A stretch of 64,000 nucleotides of DNA from Candidatus Hydrogenedentota bacterium (GTDB lineage: Bacteria; Hydrogenedentota; Hydrogenedentia; Hydrogenedentales; SLHB01), in assembly GCA_963674865.2 (NCBI GenBank), contig CAXXYE010000009.1, forward strand, positions 1,536,001-1,600,000. Direction: 5' to 3'. Positions 32,935 through 43,391 of the stretch are shown one piece after another; position 1 is the stretch's first letter, and each line of letters begins with the position of its first letter. Made by a program: the position numbers and the translations under genes. Under the pieces are notes generated by a model, which did no database searches, had not been told where the DNA came from, and saw nothing but the letters and a program-made list of their open reading frames with translations.

Positions 32935-33037
32935 CCAGCCTATCCACTGCCCGAACTCCTCGCCCGTAACGAGGCGTTCACGCAATAACAGGAGCGCAAT
33001 GTCGAAAGTCCACGCCAAGACGTGTAGCGCAGGCCGC

Positions 33038-34618
33038 CTACACGCCCAAGGCGTAGAGCGATGCGCGGCGGGCGTGGATGCGGAGGCGGATGGCGTCTGT
33101 CGGCACGTCGTCAAGCGTCTTGCCGGTTTGCCAGCGCGGCCGGAAGGCCAGCGCATCGCCGGAGAGTGGGTGGCAGTCGGCTTGCGTTAGGCCCTCGATG
33201 GGGCGGCCGTCGGCGTCGGCCACTTCGACGCGCAGCCAACCGTCGGCTTCCGTGGAAGCGTTCAGACTGAGGCCTTGCGGCTTGTCCATCACCTGCGTCA
33301 GAAGCTCGCCTTGGATGTCCCCCGCCGTGTAGGCGATCCAGCGATCGCGCGGTAGCGCCAGCGCCCGGATGCCCGATTGGACGTCCGGATTCGGCACGCC
33401 GTGGTGCGTCTGGTTGGTGATGGAGTCGTAGAACCGGAGTTCGTCGCCCACGGCCACCGGCGGCGAGGCCATGGTGCAGGTGCAGGTGCCCGGCGTCCGC
33501 GGGATGAACGGGACGCGCGCGGCCTCGCGGCGCCAGTCGATGCCGTCCGTGCTGTGGAGGAGTTCCGTCCACATATCGCCCGTCGGGAGGTCGTACATCC
33601 AGACGATCCCGAGGTAGAGGTCGGCGTAGGGGAAGGCCGTGATGCCGTACCATTGCCGGTTGCGTCCCCTGATAATCGGCTTGGTTCTATCGCGGTGTTG
33701 GCCTTCGGTGAGTTCGGCCCATGCCGCGGCGCGCTCCTCCGCGGTGGCGTTGTCCTTCCCGGCGCGGAGCGCGGCCTCATCGAGCAAGTGATGGGGATCC
33801 GCATCGGCGTCATCCGTGTCCAGCACGGTGCGGTCGGGCGTCCAATGGACGAGGTCCTCGCTCTCCTTCCGGGCGATGACGCGGTTGCCTTCCATATGGC
33901 GCGCGGCGTAGGCCTGCGGCCGGCCGTACCACACGTACTTCTCAGCGCGGGCGTCGTAAAACAGCACGCTTGACGTGTCCCGCCAACCGGGAATCACGGG
34001 CCTGCCCTCTCCCGCAAACCATCGCACGCCGTCGTCCGAGTGAGCCACGTACATCCCGGACTCCGTCTCCGCGCTCGCCAGGTAGAGCGCCGTGAATCGC
34101 GCCTTGGCGGCGGGATGCGGCGTCTCCTCCGCGTCCAGCACGCAGAATCCCTCCGGCCCTTGCCTGCCCACGAGCCATTTGCCGTGCGCGTCCTTCTGGC
34201 CGCGGCACATGAACGCGTTGGGCCCGACAAGGCTCTCGCGCACTTCGGGCGACACGAGGTCCAGTTCCGGGCGGCGCCATTCAAGGCCGTCCTCGCTGAC
34301 GGCGTAGTACTCGCAGTAAACCGGCTGCGCGAGGTACCACATCCGCCATTGGCCTGAGCCGTCCCGCAGCACGCTGCCGTAGGCCTGTGCATCCGGCATA
34401 ACCAGCTCATCCGAGAGGAAACGCGGTTGCTGAACCACACGGCGCATGGCAAAGGCCTGGGCAACGATACGGCTATCGATAAGCGGAATGGATTTCATGC
34501 GTGTGCCTTTCTGTCGTCGTCTACTGGGCACGCCCCGAGGCAATGCCAACGGCCCCGCCAGCGCGGCGGCCGTTCGCCCCAAGAATGCCCTGCGGCTGAT
34601 ACCGTGTGTCGCGTGCAC
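33038..34618 (-). CDS. Beta-propeller glycosidase-like protein, possible Tat substrate (start uncertain)
   Basis: SRRAFL; S.DG..W repeats; C-terminal GELLT...LNA...G.LRVEV. Confidence 0.6.
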   Translation of the reverse strand: MHATHGISRRAFLGRTAAALAGPLALPRGVPSRRRQKGTRMKSIPLIDSRIVAQAFAMRRVVQQPRFLSDELVMPDAQAYGSVLRDGSGQWRMWYLAQPVYCEYYAVSEDGLEWRRPELDLVSPEVRESLVGPNAFMCRGQKDAHGKWLVGRQGPEGFCVLDAEETPHPAAKARFTALYLASAETESGMYVAHSDDGVRWFAGEGRPVIPGWRDTSSVLFYDARAEKYVWYGRPQAYAARHMEGNRVIARKESEDLVHWTPDRTVLDTDDADADPHHLLDEAALRAGKDNATAEERAAAWAELTEGQHRDRTKPIIRGRNRQWYGITAFPYADLYLGIVWMYDLPTGDMWTELLHSTDGIDWRREAARVPFIPRTPGTCTCTMASPPVAVGDELRFYDSITNQTHHGVPNPDVQSGIRALALPRDRWIAYTAGDIQGELLTQVMDKPQGLSLNASTEADGWLRVEVADADGRPIEGLTQADCHPLSGDALAFRPRWQTGKTLDDVPTDAIRLRIHARRASLYALGV

Positions 34619-34729
34619 GGCTCAGAATGTCCTCAACATGGCGCTGTGTGAGCAAGAACAAAGGCACAAGGGTAGGTTAATCACCCCCGCGCGTCAACTA
34701 TCCTTAATTGCCCACAACCGCCCGTACGC

Positions 34730-36085
34730 CTAACCCGTTTCCTCGGAGTCTGCCCTTGCCTTGGGCAGTATCCGCGGCTCCGCCTCGCCAGCTTCCACCA
34801 TGCGCCGCTTGAGTCTGCTTGCCAGTTCCTCCCGGACGGAGTTGTAGGCGGCGTCGGAAACGAGGTTAGTGCGCTCGTGAGGGTCCTCGGCAAGGTCGTA
34901 GAGGAAGTCCTCGACGTAGACATTGCTCGAAGGGTCGGCGCCGGACTTCTCGGGCGCGCGGACGCTGTACTTCCACTGCTCTGTTCGGATGGCGCGGCCG
35001 CACTGGCTCTCGCTGATTTGCAAGAAGACCTCGTCCCGCCACTCCGCGCCTGCCCCCGACAGCATGTCTTGCAGCGGCCGGCCGCGCATCGTCTCGGGCA
35101 CGGCGACGCCGGCGGCCCTGAGAATCGTCGGGGTGAGATCGATCAGACTGGCCAGATTGGAAGGGCACTTTCCGCCTGTGAATCCGGGGCCTGTGGCGAT
35201 CAACGGTATGCGTATGCAGCCGTCGTGGCAGGAGCGCTTGTATTCGCTGTTGCGCGTGCGGAAATGGGAGCCGTGATCACTCGTGTACACCACCAGCGTG
35301 TCTTCCGCCAGTCCGAGCGACGCCAGTGCCTCGCGAACGCGCCCGGCATTCTCGTCCAGGCTGTGAATGCATCCCAGGTAGTCGGGAAACTCTTCACGCC
35401 AATCACCTTCCGCGCCGTCCAAGTCTCCCGGCACGACGAAATCCCGGAATCTCTCCTTCGATCCCAAGGGGCCCTCGTAGTGTCCGTGGTCATTCTGATG
35501 ATGCGGCTCGATGTACGACACAAACAGGAAGAAGGGCTTGCCGGATTTCCGGCTCTCCAGGTACTCAAGGACCCAGTCCGTCTGCGCGTCAACGCGGTAT
35601 CGCCCTTCCGGAAACACGCGCTTGCGGCCGTCCGCGTCGAACATGTGCCCGTCATAGCCGTGCGAGGTGAACTCGAGCACGTCCGAGGCCAGCCAGTAAT
35701 CGTAACCACCCCTCCGCTCGCTAGGGACGGGCCTTATCCTGAAGTCATCGGGCCCTCCCCTGGGCCCGCGGGAGGCCAGATGCCACTTCCCGATGTATCC
35801 GGTGTCGTAGCCGTGGGCGGACAGGAGGTGGGCGATGGTTCGCTCTTCCAGGGGCAGCATGCGATGGTTCGTGTGGCAGCCGACCTCCGTGGCGTATTTC
35901 CCCGTCTGAATGCAGGCCCGCGCGGGGCCGCAAACCGGCTGACAGGTGAAAGCCCGCTCGAACCGGACGCCTTCCTCGGCCATGCGATCCAGATTGGGCG
36001 TGATATCCAGCGGCTGGCCGTAGCATCCGCACGTGTCCCACCGCTGCTGATCGCTGAACAAGATAATGATGCTAGGCTGTTTCAT
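34730..36085 (-). CDS. Formylglycine-dependent sulfatase
   Basis: SDQQR; CGPARACIQTG (CxPxR); GKWHL; TSDHG. Confidence 0.92.
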   Translation of the reverse strand: MKQPSIIILFSDQQRWDTCGCYGQPLDITPNLDRMAEEGVRFERAFTCQPVCGPARACIQTGKYATEVGCHTNHRMLPLEERTIAHLLSAHGYDTGYIGKWHLASRGPRGGPDDFRIRPVPSERRGGYDYWLASDVLEFTSHGYDGHMFDADGRKRVFPEGRYRVDAQTDWVLEYLESRKSGKPFFLFVSYIEPHHQNDHGHYEGPLGSKERFRDFVVPGDLDGAEGDWREEFPDYLGCIHSLDENAGRVREALASLGLAEDTLVVYTSDHGSHFRTRNSEYKRSCHDGCIRIPLIATGPGFTGGKCPSNLASLIDLTPTILRAAGVAVPETMRGRPLQDMLSGAGAEWRDEVFLQISESQCGRAIRTEQWKYSVRAPEKSGADPSSNVYVEDFLYDLAEDPHERTNLVSDAAYNSVREELASRLKRRMVEAGEAEPRILPKARADSEETG

Positions 36086-36095
36086 AGGCTCCTTG

Positions 36096-37124
36096 CTACC
36101 TCGATGCCTCTGCAGCCTTGAGTCTCCGCATGAAGGCCTGCTCCTCCGCGTCCAACTGCTCGAAGAGGCGGCCTTCGGCGGGGCGCATGTCGAAGGAACG
36201 CCGGGGCCGGCCGTCGCCGTCTCGCGAAGGACGGACGCTGCCGTTGTGAAAACACCATCCCGCCGCGCCGCCCTCTTTTGCCGCCTCGAGATCGGCGATG
36301 AAGTCGGCGGCCTTCGGCGACCACCGGCCGTAATCCCGCCTGAAAGGCTCCTGATAGTGTACGGGCACCGCATGCTGAGCGGCCTTCATTTGGGTGAAGT
36401 ACTCGCGCGTTCTCGCCGCCGTCTGCGAAGGGGACTCGGCGTTTCTTGGCCGGTGGGGGCAGATGAAATCGACGTGTCCCGTGTCGATGAAGGCACGGAC
36501 CTCCTCACCCGAGATATCGCCGCCTTCCGAGGCCGTGCATAGCCGCTGCGGATCGATTCGCTTCACGGCCTCGATGACGCGTCCCACCTCGTCCATGGCT
36601 ACGTGCCGCGCGTCGCCCACGTTGCGCTCATTCCCGATGTCGAAGTACACATTGCGGAACGTCTTCAACTCACGCGCCAGCGCTTCCATCACGGCTAAGT
36701 GCTCTGAAAACTGACTTGGGAAGGCATCCGCCTTCTCGCGCGTCACCGTCACGTCCACCACCATGCCCCGCTTTCCGGCCATCCGGCACAGGCGTTTCAG
36801 CCGCCCCATGTAAGGCTCGCGCGCGCTCCCATCCGGGGCGACGGCGGAGATGTTATTGTCGAAGGCGTCCCACGTGGCCCAAAGCCGGATCCAGTTGAAG
36901 CCGTGAGCGTCGAGGTCGTCGAGGTCCTGTTTGAGGATCTCCCGCTTCTCGATTGCCAGGCCGCCGTAGTAACTTGCCCCCAGCAGGAAAGTGCGCCGGC
37001 CATCGAGCGTGAACCGCTCTCCTGAGATTCCCAGAGCAGGCCCCGACGCAAGTGCCGGGAGCGCGAGAGCGCTCAAGACGAGCGCCATCAAGAGACTTCG
37101 GAATGTCACAGCAGATGTGCGCAT
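36096..37124 (-). CDS. Secreted GH5/cellulase-like TIM-barrel glycoside hydrolase
   Basis: Signal peptide; GFNWIRLW; YFDIGNE; YQEP. Confidence 0.6.
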   Translation of the reverse strand: MRTSAVTFRSLLMALVLSALALPALASGPALGISGERFTLDGRRTFLLGASYYGGLAIEKREILKQDLDDLDAHGFNWIRLWATWDAFDNNISAVAPDGSAREPYMGRLKRLCRMAGKRGMVVDVTVTREKADAFPSQFSEHLAVMEALARELKTFRNVYFDIGNERNVGDARHVAMDEVGRVIEAVKRIDPQRLCTASEGGDISGEEVRAFIDTGHVDFICPHRPRNAESPSQTAARTREYFTQMKAAQHAVPVHYQEPFRRDYGRWSPKAADFIADLEAAKEGGAAGWCFHNGSVRPSRDGDGRPRRSFDMRPAEGRLFEQLDAEEQAFMRRLKAAEASR

Positions 37125-37200
37125 CAGATAACCTCTCTCATCGGAAGGATACACTCTAGTTAAGCCTATATCCTTTTCCCGGAAGGAGTTGCATGCGCTG

Positions 37201-38535
37201 TCAGGAGGCGAGCCTTTCGCGGCACAGCGCCTCAATGGCCATCGCCGTCGTGAACGCCGATGAGCTCCAGTTTGCCTGTTGGCCCCCGTCCAGGCGTCCG
37301 ATGAAGAACACGTCCTCATCCCATCGGCCGGAGAGTGGATCCTGCTCCGCTACGAGGTAGTCGACGCCGCGCGCGATAAGCGGCGAATCGCGCCCGGCGT
37401 TCAGGAGTGTGAGGACGGCAAAGGCGGTGTTCAGATGCGGTGCGCCGAGATCCCAATGGGCGAGTCCATCTTCTGTTTCCAGGACGCCGGCCTCGATGTC
37501 GTCGGCGAGGATCTCGACGCTGGGGCGCAAGCCAATGACACCGCCCTCATGGTATGCCCGCGACACCAGGTAATGGAATGCGAGGTTATCCGGATAATAC
37601 AGCGTGAGCGTGTCGTGGTGTGTACGGTGACGGCCCTCTTCCGTGGCGGCGTTGATCAGCGCGATGGCTTCCGCGACGCCGGGCGTGTCGAGGCGGCCAT
37701 ACCGCCCCAGGGCATAGAGCACGCTCGTATTCACGAGTAGGTCCACGTCGTTGGGGATGGGCGCCGTACCGGGTGGCTGGTAGTTCAACCAGGTCAGAAA
37801 CGCGCCGGTGTCGGGCGGAAGCCAGTCCCAGTTGTTTCGGCGCGGCACGTCGCCCGTATCGCGCCAGTCCTCGAAGAGTCGCTCGAACGCCGCCGTGACC
37901 TCCGGGCCGTTATCGATGATCTCGTCGTCCAAGAGCGCCGCGTATATCGCTGCCGTATCGTCCGCGTCGCTGGGGACGGCCAGCTTGTGGGGATAGAACG
38001 GCGGGTCGACGGGCTTCCTCGATCCCATCAGGAGGGGCCCCTCAAACATGTGCATAAGAAGCGTTTCGAGAAACGTTTCCTCGGCGTCCGGATCTGGATC
38101 ATACGGCCAGAATCCAAAGGTGCCCGCGTCGAGGTCTTCCGGGCGTGCCTCGAAGCGTCGCATGAAGTCAGCGGCGCGCCGGCGCATGGCGTGGGCCAGG
38201 TACGCGTCCTGGGGGCGTAGGCCAAGGGCATCCGCGTTATCCGCTACTACCAGCGACAAGGCATGGTGGATGAACGCCGCCATGAACGGACTCACTTCCC
38301 GCACCCGGATCTCCGGATAGGTGGGCGACCAGTAGAACTGCGGCCAGTTGCCCTCTTGATCGATAATGGAGTCATCGCTCGCCTCGATGCAGCCAACCTG
38401 CTGCAGGGCGAGGTAGTGCAGGCCGCGCTGGATGGGCGTCCGCTCATCCTCACATCCCACCACGCAGAGGCAGGCCAGCGCCACCAGCACAAGTCGACTC
38501 GTGAAGCGGAATGAGTCAAAACGTCTGCAGCCCAT
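37201..38535 (-). CDS. Lipoprotein with prenyltransferase/squalene-cyclase-like fold
   Basis: Lipobox VVGC; DADDTA motif; QW-like motifs QEGNW and EQDPLSGRW. Confidence 0.6.
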   Translation of the reverse strand: MGCRRFDSFRFTSRLVLVALACLCVVGCEDERTPIQRGLHYLALQQVGCIEASDDSIIDQEGNWPQFYWSPTYPEIRVREVSPFMAAFIHHALSLVVADNADALGLRPQDAYLAHAMRRRAADFMRRFEARPEDLDAGTFGFWPYDPDPDAEETFLETLLMHMFEGPLLMGSRKPVDPPFYPHKLAVPSDADDTAAIYAALLDDEIIDNGPEVTAAFERLFEDWRDTGDVPRRNNWDWLPPDTGAFLTWLNYQPPGTAPIPNDVDLLVNTSVLYALGRYGRLDTPGVAEAIALINAATEEGRHRTHHDTLTLYYPDNLAFHYLVSRAYHEGGVIGLRPSVEILADDIEAGVLETEDGLAHWDLGAPHLNTAFAVLTLLNAGRDSPLIARGVDYLVAEQDPLSGRWDEDVFFIGRLDGGQQANWSSSAFTTAMAIEALCRERLAS

Positions 38536-38624
38536 GGAGTCTCCCCGTTTCTATCCAATTCGGTGCCGCACTCCCCGGCATTCTATCATGCGAGCGAAGT
38601 TGCCTCCGGGACTCGCCGGCGTGG

Positions 38625-40115
38625 CTATCGGCGGGCCCAGAAGGCGGGGACGAACAGCACCAGCACACTGACGAGTTCGAGCCGGCCCAAGACCATGCAG
38701 AGCGATAGGAACACCTTCCCGACGTACGGGATCAGATGGTAATCCCGGATGGCGCCGACATGCTCGAGGCCGGGGCCGATGTTGTTGAGCGTCGCGGCCA
38801 CCGACGTGACGGCCGTCTGAAACGGCAATCCGAGGGCCGACATGAGCAGTGTTCCACCGGCGAACCAGAGAAGGTACAGGACAAAGAACGCGTACACCGT
38901 CTTCTGTACGCCCTCGTCCACCACCACGCCGCTGATGCGGATGGCGCGTACGCTCTTCGGCCGAAACGTCGATTCCAGCCGCGCGTAGGCCATTTTTAGC
39001 AGCATTACCACGCGAACAACCTTCACCCCGCCGCCTGTGGAGCCGGCGCATCCGCCCACGAACATGAGCACCACCAGCAGCGCACGTGAGAAGTACGGCC
39101 AGACGTCGAAATCATCCGTGCAGAACCCGGTGGTCGTCATGATCGACACCACCTGAAACGACCCGTACCGCAGCGCGTTGCCGAATCCGTACCGCGTCGC
39201 CTCATGGGCCGGCTGTTCCCCAGGGAACGAACCGGCCGCGACGCCCATCAAGTTCAGCGTGATCAGTAACGTGCATACCACGAGGATCCCGGCGTACACC
39301 CGCCATTCCGTGTCCCTCAACGGAGCCTTCCAGTCGCGTCGGAGCATGGCGAAATAAAGCGCGAAATTGCCTCCCGCGAGCACCATGAAGACGATGATGA
39401 TGATCTCGACAAAGAGGCTCTCGAAGCCCGCGATGCTCCGCTGGCTCGTCGAGAAGCCCCCCGTTGCCAGCGTCCCGAAGGTTTGGCACATCGCCTCGTA
39501 CCACGTCAGCCCGGCCAGGCGCAACGCCAGCGTTTCGGCCACCGTCATGCCGAGGTAGATCTTGTACAGAATCGACGCGGTGTCTTTGATCCGCGGCCGC
39601 AGGCCACGCGGATCCGGCCCCGGCGACTCCGATTTGAACATCTGCTTGCCGCCCGCGCCCAGGTAAGGGAGCACGGCGATGAACAGCACGATAATCCCCA
39701 TTCCCCCCAACCAATGCGTGAACGACCGCCAGAATAGGATGCTCTTCGCCGTGGCCTCGATATCCACTACCACCGTCGAACCGGTTGTCGTGAATCCCGA
39801 CATACACTCGAAGTAAGCGTCTACGTAGTTCAGCGCCCCCCCGAAAACGTACGGTAAAGCGCCCAGCCCCGCCGCCACCAGCCACGACAAGCCCACCAGG
39901 CCCAGGGCCTCACGTTGATACATCTTCGCCGGCGCCCGCCGGCCTGCCAGACCCAACAGTGCGCCCACGCCCACGCTCACCGCTATTGCCCCGAGAAACG
40001 CCCCCAACTCGGGCCATTCCTTGAAGTAGACCGCCCACGCTGCCGACGGCAGCATCAGTAGGCCGATCGCGCCCGCAAAGTGGCCAAGGTATTTGACGAC
40101 GAGCAGGTAGTTCAT
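38625..40115 (-). CDS. trkH: Trk potassium uptake membrane protein
   Basis: SGFTTTG; ATGGFS; TTTGF; GGCAGSTGGG; LNNIGPG; GRLE. Confidence 0.93.
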   Translation of the reverse strand: MNYLLVVKYLGHFAGAIGLLMLPSAAWAVYFKEWPELGAFLGAIAVSVGVGALLGLAGRRAPAKMYQREALGLVGLSWLVAAGLGALPYVFGGALNYVDAYFECMSGFTTTGSTVVVDIEATAKSILFWRSFTHWLGGMGIIVLFIAVLPYLGAGGKQMFKSESPGPDPRGLRPRIKDTASILYKIYLGMTVAETLALRLAGLTWYEAMCQTFGTLATGGFSTSQRSIAGFESLFVEIIIIVFMVLAGGNFALYFAMLRRDWKAPLRDTEWRVYAGILVVCTLLITLNLMGVAAGSFPGEQPAHEATRYGFGNALRYGSFQVVSIMTTTGFCTDDFDVWPYFSRALLVVLMFVGGCAGSTGGGVKVVRVVMLLKMAYARLESTFRPKSVRAIRISGVVVDEGVQKTVYAFFVLYLLWFAGGTLLMSALGLPFQTAVTSVAATLNNIGPGLEHVGAIRDYHLIPYVGKVFLSLCMVLGRLELVSVLVLFVPAFWARR

Positions 40116-40118
40116 GCG

Positions 40119-41459
40119 CTAGAAGAGTTTCTGGACCGCGTCGAGCGAGTCCGCCGCCGCAATGACTACCACGTCATCCCCGGCCAGGATCTCATCATCG
40201 CCCCCAGGCACAAGAACCGTATCCCCGCGTAGGATCGCCGCCACAAGGGCTCCCTGCGGGAACTTCGGTTGGATGTCCTTCAAGCGCTTCCCGATGACGG
40301 GCGCGGCGCCCCGAACCGCGAACTCGAGGATCTCCACCGAGCCCTCCTCGAGCACGGCCAATGACGATACGCGCTCCTGATGTACCATCGTGAGAATTCG
40401 ATTGGCGATGCAGGCCCGCGGCGTCACCGCGTGATCGATTCCCAGTTTCGCTACCAGCGGCGCAAAATCCGGTTGGTGGACGACCGCTACCGTCTGTCCG
40501 GCGCCCAATTCCTTGGCCAACACGCTGGCCATGATGTTGCGCTCATCATCATTGGTGGTCGAGACGAACACGTCCGCCTTCGCGATCTGCTCCTCCTCAA
40601 GGGCCAGCCGGGAGGTTCCATCCTGGCACACGACATTTGTGCGCTTGAGCAGGGCCGCCGCGTCATTGCAGCGCTTCAGATTGATCTCGAGCAGCGTCAC
40701 CGAGCGAAGCCGGTTCTCGAGCGTCTGGGCCAGGTGAAGCCCGATGCTCCCGGCTCCCATGATGAATACGTTCCTCGGTTTCGGATCCGTCCCCTGGAAC
40801 CGCTGAAGGACGGGCGCCATCCGCTCCCGGTGCCCGATGAGTGTGATCAAGTCGCCCTGCTCGATAGTGGCGTCGCCATGAGGAATCGTGATGTCGCCAT
40901 TACGGCTCACCACTCCCACGAGTACGCCCGTGCCCGGCGGACAGATGTTCTTCAGCGTCTTCTTCCGGCCCTGCCCCGGCGTCTTCGCCACCCGCACCTG
41001 CCGCATCTGGATGAGGCCGCGGCCGAAATCCTCCATGGCGACGATGCCGGGATTGTCGATGTACTTGGCGATCTCGACCGCTGTCAAGGCATTCGGGCTC
41101 AACAGGTAGTCCAGGCCCAAAATGCTCTCGTACAGGATGTTCGATTCGACGTATACCGGCCGATCCACCCGCGCAACGACCCGCTTGGCGCCCAGGCCCT
41201 TGGCCGTCGCCGCGGCCACCAGGTTCACCTCATCGCTTCCCGCCGCCGATACGAAGAGGTCCGCGTTGCCTACGCCCAGGTCCCGCAGCAACATGACGGA
41301 GGACGCGTTGCCCGTGACGGTGCTCACGTCCAGGCTGTTATCCACGTGCTCGACCCGGGTCGGATCCCGCTCGATGACGGTGACGTCGTGGTTCTCACTA
41401 CTCAGGATACGTGCCAGGTGGAAGCCCACACGTCCGCCGCCGGCAATGAATATATTCAT
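40119..41459 (-). CDS. trkA: Trk potassium uptake NAD-binding subunit
   Basis: Two RCK units with GGGRVG and GAGSIG; adjacent to trkH. Confidence 0.93.
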   Translation of the reverse strand: MNIFIAGGGRVGFHLARILSSENHDVTVIERDPTRVEHVDNSLDVSTVTGNASSVMLLRDLGVGNADLFVSAAGSDEVNLVAAATAKGLGAKRVVARVDRPVYVESNILYESILGLDYLLSPNALTAVEIAKYIDNPGIVAMEDFGRGLIQMRQVRVAKTPGQGRKKTLKNICPPGTGVLVGVVSRNGDITIPHGDATIEQGDLITLIGHRERMAPVLQRFQGTDPKPRNVFIMGAGSIGLHLAQTLENRLRSVTLLEINLKRCNDAAALLKRTNVVCQDGTSRLALEEEQIAKADVFVSTTNDDERNIMASVLAKELGAGQTVAVVHQPDFAPLVAKLGIDHAVTPRACIANRILTMVHQERVSSLAVLEEGSVEILEFAVRGAAPVIGKRLKDIQPKFPQGALVAAILRGDTVLVPGGDDEILAGDDVVVIAAADSLDAVQKLF

Positions 41460-41538
41460 TGAGAGTTATGCGCCTTCGGAGTTGTTGGGAGTGTTCGCAG
41501 AGATCTTCCTACAAAACTGGGGGAACTGTCAAGAAATC

Positions 41539-41700
41539 TCCGCAATCGCCGGATAACTCAGCGGTGCCGCGCACACGGCGCTTGGATTTGGCGTCGTCTT
41601 CCGAAAGTGGCTTACCAGATGGGTGAGGCCAGCCATTTCGACAGTGCCTTTGTTTCCAATGACTTGACGCGCGGCACAATCGGCAACCCGGCCACCGGGG
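41539..41700 (+). repeat. 162-bp dispersed intergenic repeat, copy 1
   Basis: Aligns without gaps to 48423-48584 (offset 6,884); last 38 nt match at 36 positions. Confidence 0.8.
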
Positions 41701-42000
41701 AAATCTCCCCCCCCCCCGGGCCTGCGTCACAGAATTGGACCTGTGGTTTTTCGGCCAATTCTTCCGCGTATCTTGTAGAGGTCCCCTTACAATGTTTGTT
41801 TTTCCCCAGAAACGCGGTGCTCACGGGGGGCGGTAGGCCGACTTGAGGACGAAAAGGCGCTCATTTTCCTTCTCTTGGCCGGGAAGTCCCAAGCACTTGG
41901 CGCGGGCCACCACGAGGGCCCGCCCGAACCATCTCGCCCGCAACCGCCTCGGATACGGCGCCTCGGTTGTCTCATCGCGTATGGACACTCAGCATTCCGG

Positions 42001-42095
42001 CGCCCCGAACGGGGCGCTCGGCTGTAGCCGTGGGTGAGCGAAGCGAGCCCACGGGCACGGGGCCTCCCCGTCAAGAGCCCCGAACGGGGTGATAG
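42001..42095. repeat. REP-like palindromic element cluster
   Basis: GCCCC-GAAC-GGGG hairpins at both ends flanking GTAG-CCGTGGG...CCCACGG; related hairpin near 42208-42224. Confidence 0.65.
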
Positions 42096-42466
42096 CGCCC
42101 TCACTTCACAGCCAAGACTATTCCTCGTCGAGAATCGACGCCGTGGGCCTTCAACAGCGCTCTGAATTCCTCCCTGAAATCCGTCTTGCGGTGATGGCGG
42201 TCGCGGCCGCCCCGCTCGGGGCTTTCGCCACGGCGGGCTAGGCACATTTCCTGCGGATGCGAGCCACGTTCCCGCACGATATCTGGGGGGCGCGAGCCCC
42301 TTCAGGGCGCCGCATTGGACGGGAAAACTCCAAGAACTGACGCAGACCTCCACCTCCTTGTCTCCGGCTCCGTCGCCCACACAACAAGATTCTGGCGCGC
42401 GGCCCGGTTGCGTAGAGCGCCTCGACAGGGCGTATACTGGCTTGCAGCCGCGGAGGAGACCTGCCC

Positions 42467-43009
42467 ATGCCCGTAAAATACCGGAGACCCGACTTCCGCG
42501 AGTCCGCATCGGGCAGCCACGGGCGATTCAATGCGGCGCCGGGCCGGCGGCCGCTCAACCCCCGCCAGCGTCTATTAATCGTCTACCTTGGCCTCTGCGG
42601 CTTCGTCGTCGCGCTCCTAGCGTTTCACGCCTTCAATCCCTTCGGGCGATTTCGAGGCCAGCCCACGCTTCAGGGCCAAGCCGTTATCCAAGCGAAGAAG
42701 GTCATCGAATCCGACGACGAGGGCCCCCAGTATTTCCTCGAACTGCGCATCGAAACAGAACCCGGCGCCGGGCTGACGGACACCGTCAAGATCGATGCCG
42801 AGCACTGGCGGCAGTTTCGGGAGGACCAGCAACTATTTGTTACGTATCAGGTTAGCCGTAGCGGAACCCGTGCCTACATCCACGCCCTCCACCCCGAGCA
42901 GGACGAGACGCCGATGCTCGAAGACGAACCGTATCCCCACGCACCTCCGGAGGAAGTCTCACGCGACGCCGCGACGCGCGTCAGCCAGGAACCGCTCTCA
43001 CCGAAATAA
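42467..43009 (+). CDS. Hypothetical single-pass membrane protein
   Basis: GGAGGAG RBS; one TM followed by a small beta-rich domain. Confidence 0.65.
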   Translation: MPVKYRRPDFRESASGSHGRFNAAPGRRPLNPRQRLLIVYLGLCGFVVALLAFHAFNPFGRFRGQPTLQGQAVIQAKKVIESDDEGPQYFLELRIETEPGAGLTDTVKIDAEHWRQFREDQQLFVTYQVSRSGTRAYIHALHPEQDETPMLEDEPYPHAPPEEVSRDAATRVSQEPLSPK

Positions 43010-43391
43010 GGAGCGCCGACTCGTTTGCAGTGCCGGCTTCAGCCGGTTCCCGCCACGCCACTGCCTATGCAGAGGTGCGCCGAAGCCAGGCAGGATAGAT
43101 TCTCTGTTTCGCGAGTCTGTTGTCTTGGGGCGATGGCATACACGGTTCTTTCGGTAGCTCCTCATCTCTAAGCCCGCGCCTGTTGAGTGCTGGGTAGGAA
43201 AGGCGGGGCTCGTGCGTCCTGGTGACGTCTAAGTGTGGTAACTAGTGGGGAGCGGCGCCGCCGGACCTTCGGCTTTCTGGTAGAATAGTAAGTGTGGGCG
43301 TGATAATGAGCCCGACATGCGGGGGATGGTGCGCGGTGGGCGCCAGCCATCGGCAGTTCTTGAACGGTTTGCCGCACCGGGAGGGACAGCG

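Noticed and set aside
41512..41533. CAAAACTGGGG resembling the IS4 terminal repeat
   Set aside because: Only 11 nt match, with no partner end or TSD; overlaps a possible TTGACA -35 for trkA
41460..41800. c-di-AMP (ydaO) riboswitch upstream of trkA
   Set aside because: Conserved ydaO motifs not recognisable
41607..41846. Short ORFs over the 162-bp repeats sharing LTRGxIGNPATG (also 48401-48667)
   Set aside because: Similarity follows from the DNA repeat; starts and stops are not shared
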